64,000 nt of DNA, from assembly GCA_030141605.1 (NCBI GenBank), contig JAQGDQ010002377.1:387582-451581 (forward strand), written 5' to 3'. The notes beneath the pieces were generated by a model. The model had not been told where the DNA came from. It did not search any database and saw nothing but the letters and a program-made list of their open reading frames with translations. Every line of letters begins with the position of its first letter. Position 1 is the stretch's first letter. Shown in pieces: positions 59,131 through 64,000 of the stretch. Source of the stretch: Tubiluchus corallicola. Lineage: Eukaryota; Animalia; Priapulida. The translations under genes were made by a program, and so were the position numbers.

Positions 59131-62100
59131 ATGAGCATTCCACAAAGATGGGACTCTGCAAAGCGGTTGAACTTATGCTATCGCTGTCTGGGGTCAGATC
59201 ACCAAGGTCAAACCTGTCCACGTAGCAGAGTTTGTGGCATAGACAGCTGCAAATACAATCATAACAGATTTCTACATTCGTCAAAAGAAGTTAGAGAAAA
59301 TAATTCGCATTTAGCCGCGACCAACAAGAACTACAACAATACTGTTGGTTCTACACCGTCATCAATCAAACCTGTAGCTGAAGATGGTTCATCGCATCGC
59401 AGTAGAACATCGACCATACCACCTGACAAACAAAATTCGGCTGTGACAATGACATCTGGCAATCCCAAGATAGTTGAAAAAATTATGTTGCGAACTATAC
59501 CAATAATCGTGAAAAATGGAAATCGTAAATTGACAATCAACGCATTATTAGATGATGCCAGCACAAGATCGTACATCAACTCGGATGTAGCAGCAGAGTT
59601 AGGACTTGAGGGTGAGACTCAGCAGATTAACGTCAGCGTTTTAAATGGGCAAACAAAAGTTTTCGAAACAAGACCTGTAACATTTAATCTACAGAGTGTC
59701 AACGGCCAGCTGGACATGAAATTCAGCGCATTAACGGCTGAAAGAGTTACCGGAAATTTGAATGTAATAAACTGGAATGAATGCAGTCACAAGTGGGGCC
59801 ATTTGAAAGCTATTGAATTTCCAAAACTAGGACGTCGCCTCATCGTAGACATGTTGATTGGCAGCGATTACACCGATTTACATTATTCGTACAGAGATGT
59901 TCGTGGAAAGCCAGGGGAGCCAATAGCTAGATTAACTCCACTCGGATGGACATGTATAGGACAACCAAATGATTGCGACAGTTATCGTGTTCGCACCAAT
60001 TTCGTTCACACGTATTTTTCGGCTGAAGCTAGTGAAATTCGGCTTGATGAGATGTTGCAACAATTTTGGCAGATAGATTCAGCTGGCACGATGCCAAGTT
60101 GCCGCATTCTGGATATTGATGCAGAGAACGCTTTAGCTAAAGTAGAGAAATCCATGAAAATGACGGATGGACATTATGAGGTTTGCATACCATGGAAAGA
60201 TAATTCAGTTGAGCTGCCTAGTGCGAAATTGAGCTACGAAAAGGCACTGAAAAGACTACAGAGCACCGAAAAACGTCTACTAAAAAATCCAGAAGTGGCA
60301 AAAATATACGAAGATAATATTCAGCAGTATGTGAAGAAAGGCTTCATACGTCAAGTGACATCATTAGAAGATCAGCAATGCGGACGATGGTTTTTACCCC
60401 ATTTTCCAATAATCAGACCAGATAGAGAGACAACAAAAGTACGCATGGTGTTTGATTCGTCAGAAGAATGCGATGGAGTCTCGCTGAATGATGTCATTAG
60501 TCCCGGACCAAAGCTGCAGAGAGACTTATTCGATGTCTTGCTTCGTTTTCGTAAAAATCCTGTAGCATTGGTATCGGACATTGCAGAGATGTACTTGATG
60601 ATTAAAATTGTTCCTGAGGACAGGGTTTACCATAGATTTCTCTGGAGGAATTTCGAAAACAGACAGCCTGACCAATATGAATTCGAAAGAGTCGTTTTTG
60701 GGGTAAATGCATCACCATTTCTTGCACAATTTGTGACGCGGAAGCATGCAGAAAAATTTCAATTGCAGTATCCAATGGCTACAGAAACCGTACTCTACTC
60801 GACGTATATGGACGATAGCATGGATTCAGCCATCGACGATGAACAAGGCATAGAGCTCTACAGTCAGTTGTCCAGTCTTTGGGAAAAGGCTGGCATGCGA
60901 GCTCGTAAATGGTTATCAAATTCACCTGTAGTGTTAGCCGAGATACCACAAGAGGAGAGAGCATCAGAAATTAACTTAGATGAAGGACTTCTTCCGAGTA
61001 TAAAAACACTTGGAGTACTGTGGCTGGCAAAGGAAGATGTTTTCACCTTCAAACCAAAATCCATAGACATCGACAATTTCTTATTTACCAAGCGTAATAT
61101 ACTGAGGAAGATCGCTACAATATTTGATCCATTGGGATTTCTGGCAGCATTTCTCATTCGAGGGAAAATTATCATGCAGGAAATGTGGACAGCCGGTTTA
61201 GGATGGGACGACGAGCTTGACGAAAACTTGCAATGGAAAGCCAAAATGTGGTTTACAGAATTGATCGAGATGCCAGAAATTCATATTCCGAGATGTTTGG
61301 TCACGGAGGGGGGTACAGATTCATGCACACTGCACACATTTGTAGATGCATCGCAAGAAGCCTATGCAGCAGTTAGCTATCTACGTTGTACCTATCCTGA
61401 CGGAACTATATCGTGTCGACTCATCGCAGCAAAGTCTCGTGTAGCCCCTCTGATTGCAATTAGTATTCCACGACTAGAAATGATGGCTGCAATACTGGGG
61501 CTAAGGCTTACGGACCACATAGCTGGTGCACTAAACATGGAACTAAAAAATGCAATTTTTTGGTGTGATAGTATGAACGTTTTATGGTGGATAAGGAGTA
61601 GAAGTCGCACACTGAAACCGTTCATCGCTAATCGTATAGGCGAAATTCAGAGTCAAACATTTCCACATCAATGGCGGCATGTCACATCAAAAGAGAATGC
61701 TGCTGATGCTGTGACTAGAGGGAAAACTGCAAATCAACTTATTAATGATGAAAAATGGTGGAGAGGACCGAAATTTCTTCACAAGAACGAGCAAGAATGG
61801 CCATCTAAAATTATAGAATTTCAGCAAATGGATGACGCAGAACTTAGAAAGCCAACAAAAATTAGACATGTATCTAATCGTGAAACTGCTGAAACTTACA
61901 TTACTGGACCAATACAAAACCAGGATGACAATTGGCGTCTAAAACCTGAGCGGTTTTCCAGTTGGTTACGACTGATTCGAGTACAAGCATGGGTACATCG
62001 TTTTCTAGAAAACTGTCGTGATTCCAAACTGCACAAGAAGTTTGGAGAATTAGAGCCAGACGAATTGCAAGACGTTGAGATAAGCATTGTACGAAACATG

Positions 62101-63441
62101 CAACGTGAAGCCTTTTCACTGGAATACAAATTACTCCAGAATAACCAACAGTTGCCGAAGAATAGCAATTTATTAAAGCTGCAACCTAGATTAGACGAGG
62201 ATGGAGTTATTCGCAGCGAAGGACGTCTCATTCACGCAGAATACTTATCGTACGATGCACGCCATCCGATCATTCTGCCTAAGAATAACTGGGTAACCAA
62301 GTTGATAATTGGACATCATCATGAAAAAGCTCATCATGCAATAGGGGTGAATCAGACTCTTGCTTCACTGTCAGCTCGATATTGGATAATCTCTGGCAGG
62401 GAAGAAATCAGAAAATTTGAGAAAGAATGTGCAAAATGCCGTAAGCAGAAAGCTCAATCTGCAACGCAAGTGATGGCACCAATTCCAGAGATCAGAGTGA
62501 AACTGCCTTTACGAGCTTTTGCTAGGACAGCAGTGGATTTTGCTGGACCGTTTATTACAGTTCAAGGAAGAGGAAAACGTCGACAGAAACGCTATCTTTG
62601 CCTCTTCACTTGTATGACATCGCGGGCAGTGCATTTAGAGATAGCCTTTGGCCTTGACACTGATTCGTTCTTAAACGCCTTCTATCGCATGGTCAATCGC
62701 AGAGGTTTGCCAACTGAGATGCTTTCTGACAACGGTTTAAACTTCGTAGGAGCGAACAATGAACTACAAAGTCTATTAGTGAAATTAGATGAAGAGAAGA
62801 TTCAACGGACATCTGCAAACCAAGGTATCAAGTGGCATTTTAACCCACCATTAGCACCACATTTTGGAGGAGCCTATGAAATAATGGTAAAAGCCTCAAA
62901 ACGAGCCATATTCGCTATTCTCGGAAACGCTGACGTCACGGATGAAGAACTCATGACAGCATTTACCGGAGCAGAAGCACTATTAAATTCGAGACCATTG
63001 ACGTACCAAACAGCAGATGAGAAAGATGACATTCCCTTGACGCCAAACCATTTTTTATTTGGGCAAGTTGGTGGACAATTCGCGCCCGAATCAGTGGATA
63101 ACACAGACTTTAATCCTAGAAAGCGTTGGAGGCGTGTCCAAGAATTAATACGTCATTTTTGGAAAAGATGGATGCGAGAGTGGCTTCCAGGACTCAACAG
63201 ACGCAGTAAATGGAATCGTGTGCAGAGAGACATTCAAGTAAACGACATCGTACTTGTTATATCTCCAAATACACCTAGAGGACAGTGGCCTATGGGACGC
63301 ATACTAGAAGTCTACCCTGGTAGCGACGGGCACACTCGAGTTGCAAAACTGAAGATTGGCAATAGTGAACTTACACGACCAATCACCAAACTCTGTCCAC
63401 TGGAGTTCATTGAGGAAGAAAAACCCGACAATCAAAAGTGA
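59131..63441 (+). CDS. BEL/Pao gag(C-terminal)-pol polyprotein (PR-RT-RNase H-IN), 1436 aa from the first ATG
   Basis: Intact ORF with the domain order and catalytic motifs characteristic of BEL/Pao elements. Confidence 0.92.
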   Translation: MSIPQRWDSAKRLNLCYRCLGSDHQGQTCPRSRVCGIDSCKYNHNRFLHSSKEVRENNSHLAATNKNYNNTVGSTPSSIKPVAEDGSSHRSRTSTIPPDKQNSAVTMTSGNPKIVEKIMLRTIPIIVKNGNRKLTINALLDDASTRSYINSDVAAELGLEGETQQINVSVLNGQTKVFETRPVTFNLQSVNGQLDMKFSALTAERVTGNLNVINWNECSHKWGHLKAIEFPKLGRRLIVDMLIGSDYTDLHYSYRDVRGKPGEPIARLTPLGWTCIGQPNDCDSYRVRTNFVHTYFSAEASEIRLDEMLQQFWQIDSAGTMPSCRILDIDAENALAKVEKSMKMTDGHYEVCIPWKDNSVELPSAKLSYEKALKRLQSTEKRLLKNPEVAKIYEDNIQQYVKKGFIRQVTSLEDQQCGRWFLPHFPIIRPDRETTKVRMVFDSSEECDGVSLNDVISPGPKLQRDLFDVLLRFRKNPVALVSDIAEMYLMIKIVPEDRVYHRFLWRNFENRQPDQYEFERVVFGVNASPFLAQFVTRKHAEKFQLQYPMATETVLYSTYMDDSMDSAIDDEQGIELYSQLSSLWEKAGMRARKWLSNSPVVLAEIPQEERASEINLDEGLLPSIKTLGVLWLAKEDVFTFKPKSIDIDNFLFTKRNILRKIATIFDPLGFLAAFLIRGKIIMQEMWTAGLGWDDELDENLQWKAKMWFTELIEMPEIHIPRCLVTEGGTDSCTLHTFVDASQEAYAAVSYLRCTYPDGTISCRLIAAKSRVAPLIAISIPRLEMMAAILGLRLTDHIAGALNMELKNAIFWCDSMNVLWWIRSRSRTLKPFIANRIGEIQSQTFPHQWRHVTSKENAADAVTRGKTANQLINDEKWWRGPKFLHKNEQEWPSKIIEFQQMDDAELRKPTKIRHVSNRETAETYITGPIQNQDDNWRLKPERFSSWLRLIRVQAWVHRFLENCRDSKLHKKFGELEPDELQDVEISIVRNMQREAFSLEYKLLQNNQQLPKNSNLLKLQPRLDEDGVIRSEGRLIHAEYLSYDARHPIILPKNNWVTKLIIGHHHEKAHHAIGVNQTLASLSARYWIISGREEIRKFEKECAKCRKQKAQSATQVMAPIPEIRVKLPLRAFARTAVDFAGPFITVQGRGKRRQKRYLCLFTCMTSRAVHLEIAFGLDTDSFLNAFYRMVNRRGLPTEMLSDNGLNFVGANNELQSLLVKLDEEKIQRTSANQGIKWHFNPPLAPHFGGAYEIMVKASKRAIFAILGNADVTDEELMTAFTGAEALLNSRPLTYQTADEKDDIPLTPNHFLFGQVGGQFAPESVDNTDFNPRKRWRRVQELIRHFWKRWMREWLPGLNRRSKWNRVQRDIQVNDIVLVISPNTPRGQWPMGRILEVYPGSDGHTRVAKLKIGNSELTRPITKLCPLEFIEEEKPDNQK

Positions 63442-63781
63442 AGTTTCTACAAACACTGCGGATGATCAGCACCACAGAAAATTATTACTATGATTTTGCG
63501 ATTATTCGTTTTCGTACTGCTTGCTAAAGTTTGCAAGAAATTTGTTTTTTGTAGTTAAACGTAAACGTCATGTAGCACAGAATGGAAAATTTTAATTACC
63601 GAATGTTAGAATAACTTGAAACTTGTAACTCAAAACTTAAAATTTAGCTTCCACTGCTATGTGTATTGATGGTTAAATGGAAAATTAAGTAGTTTAGTAG
63701 AACTAGTTACACTGTTGATTTTGACTAGATTAATAGATTTTGTTGATATGTTTTGTTAAAACTTATCAAAGAGGGGGGAAA

Positions 63782-64000
63782 TGTTCGGAAGAATTCTCTC
63801 TGCTTGCCCTTTAATCTAAAGTTGTACTTATTTAGAATTGCCTGTGAAACTTGGCTTCGTTATATGCATTTAGTAGGTCAACCAATCAGAATTGAGCACG
63901 TTTTTTAGTCTACTCATTGGAAGCGAAGAAATCGCCATGTATTTGATTTGTTCTGTAATATTGAATTTAAAATAAAAGTTTTTGGGATTACTTCAAAACA
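63782..64000 (+). repeat. 3' LTR of the BEL/Pao element (about 219 bp)
   Basis: Starts TGTT immediately after the polypurine tract AAAGAGGGGGGAAA and contains CCAAT and AATAAA. The last bases CTTCAAAACA are an 8/10 inverted match to TGTTCGGAAG, so the LTR probably ends at or near the window edge. Confidence 0.75.

Larger units (their letters stand above)
58960..64000 (+). mobile_element. BEL/Pao LTR retrotransposon, 5'-truncated, inside a RAD54B intron on the opposite strand
   Basis: The frame is open from about 58960 to 63441. It has three gag Cys/His knuckles, protease LLDDASTRSYI, RT YMDD, RNase H FVDAS, integrase HHCC plus DFAGP/SDNG/E, and a BEL-type C-terminus (WPMGRI..YPGSDGHTRV). The PPT is at 63768-63781 and the 3' LTR follows. 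Confidence 0.95.

Overview
AT-rich, intron-rich animal (probably invertebrate) genomic DNA. It contains four protein-coding genes: the 5' part of VPS29 (-), a complete 13-exon SEC14L2-like CRAL-TRIO/GOLD gene (+) arranged head-to-head with it, the 3' nine exons of RAD54B (-), and an intronless 11.8-kb ORF (+) nested antisense in a 19.5-kb RAD54B intron. That ORF encodes a 3936-aa protein with about 110 C2H2 zinc fingers by manual count and no recognisable effector domain. Its central 77-finger uninterrupted array is built from four finger classes in a strict (A)-B-C-D order. The units have 3 or 4 fingers (67 fingers in 19 units, mean 3.53, about 10.6 bp or one B-DNA turn if each finger reads 3 bp). 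The array has no Arg at the base-contacting positions, and the one paralogous finger pair compared codon by codon is silently diverged but protein-identical. Other RAD54B introns carry a near-identical 1.3-kb copy of the ZNF gene's 3' end next to a promoter-like CpG patch, a degenerate spliced THAP-domain relic, and a 5'-truncated BEL/Pao LTR retrotransposon with an intact pol and 3' LTR. Also present are many MITEs (hAT, Tc1/pogo, Kolobok-like), a 30-bp minisatellite and a candidate 15-nt VPS29 microexon. All exon boundaries and counts were read by hand; no database searches were run.
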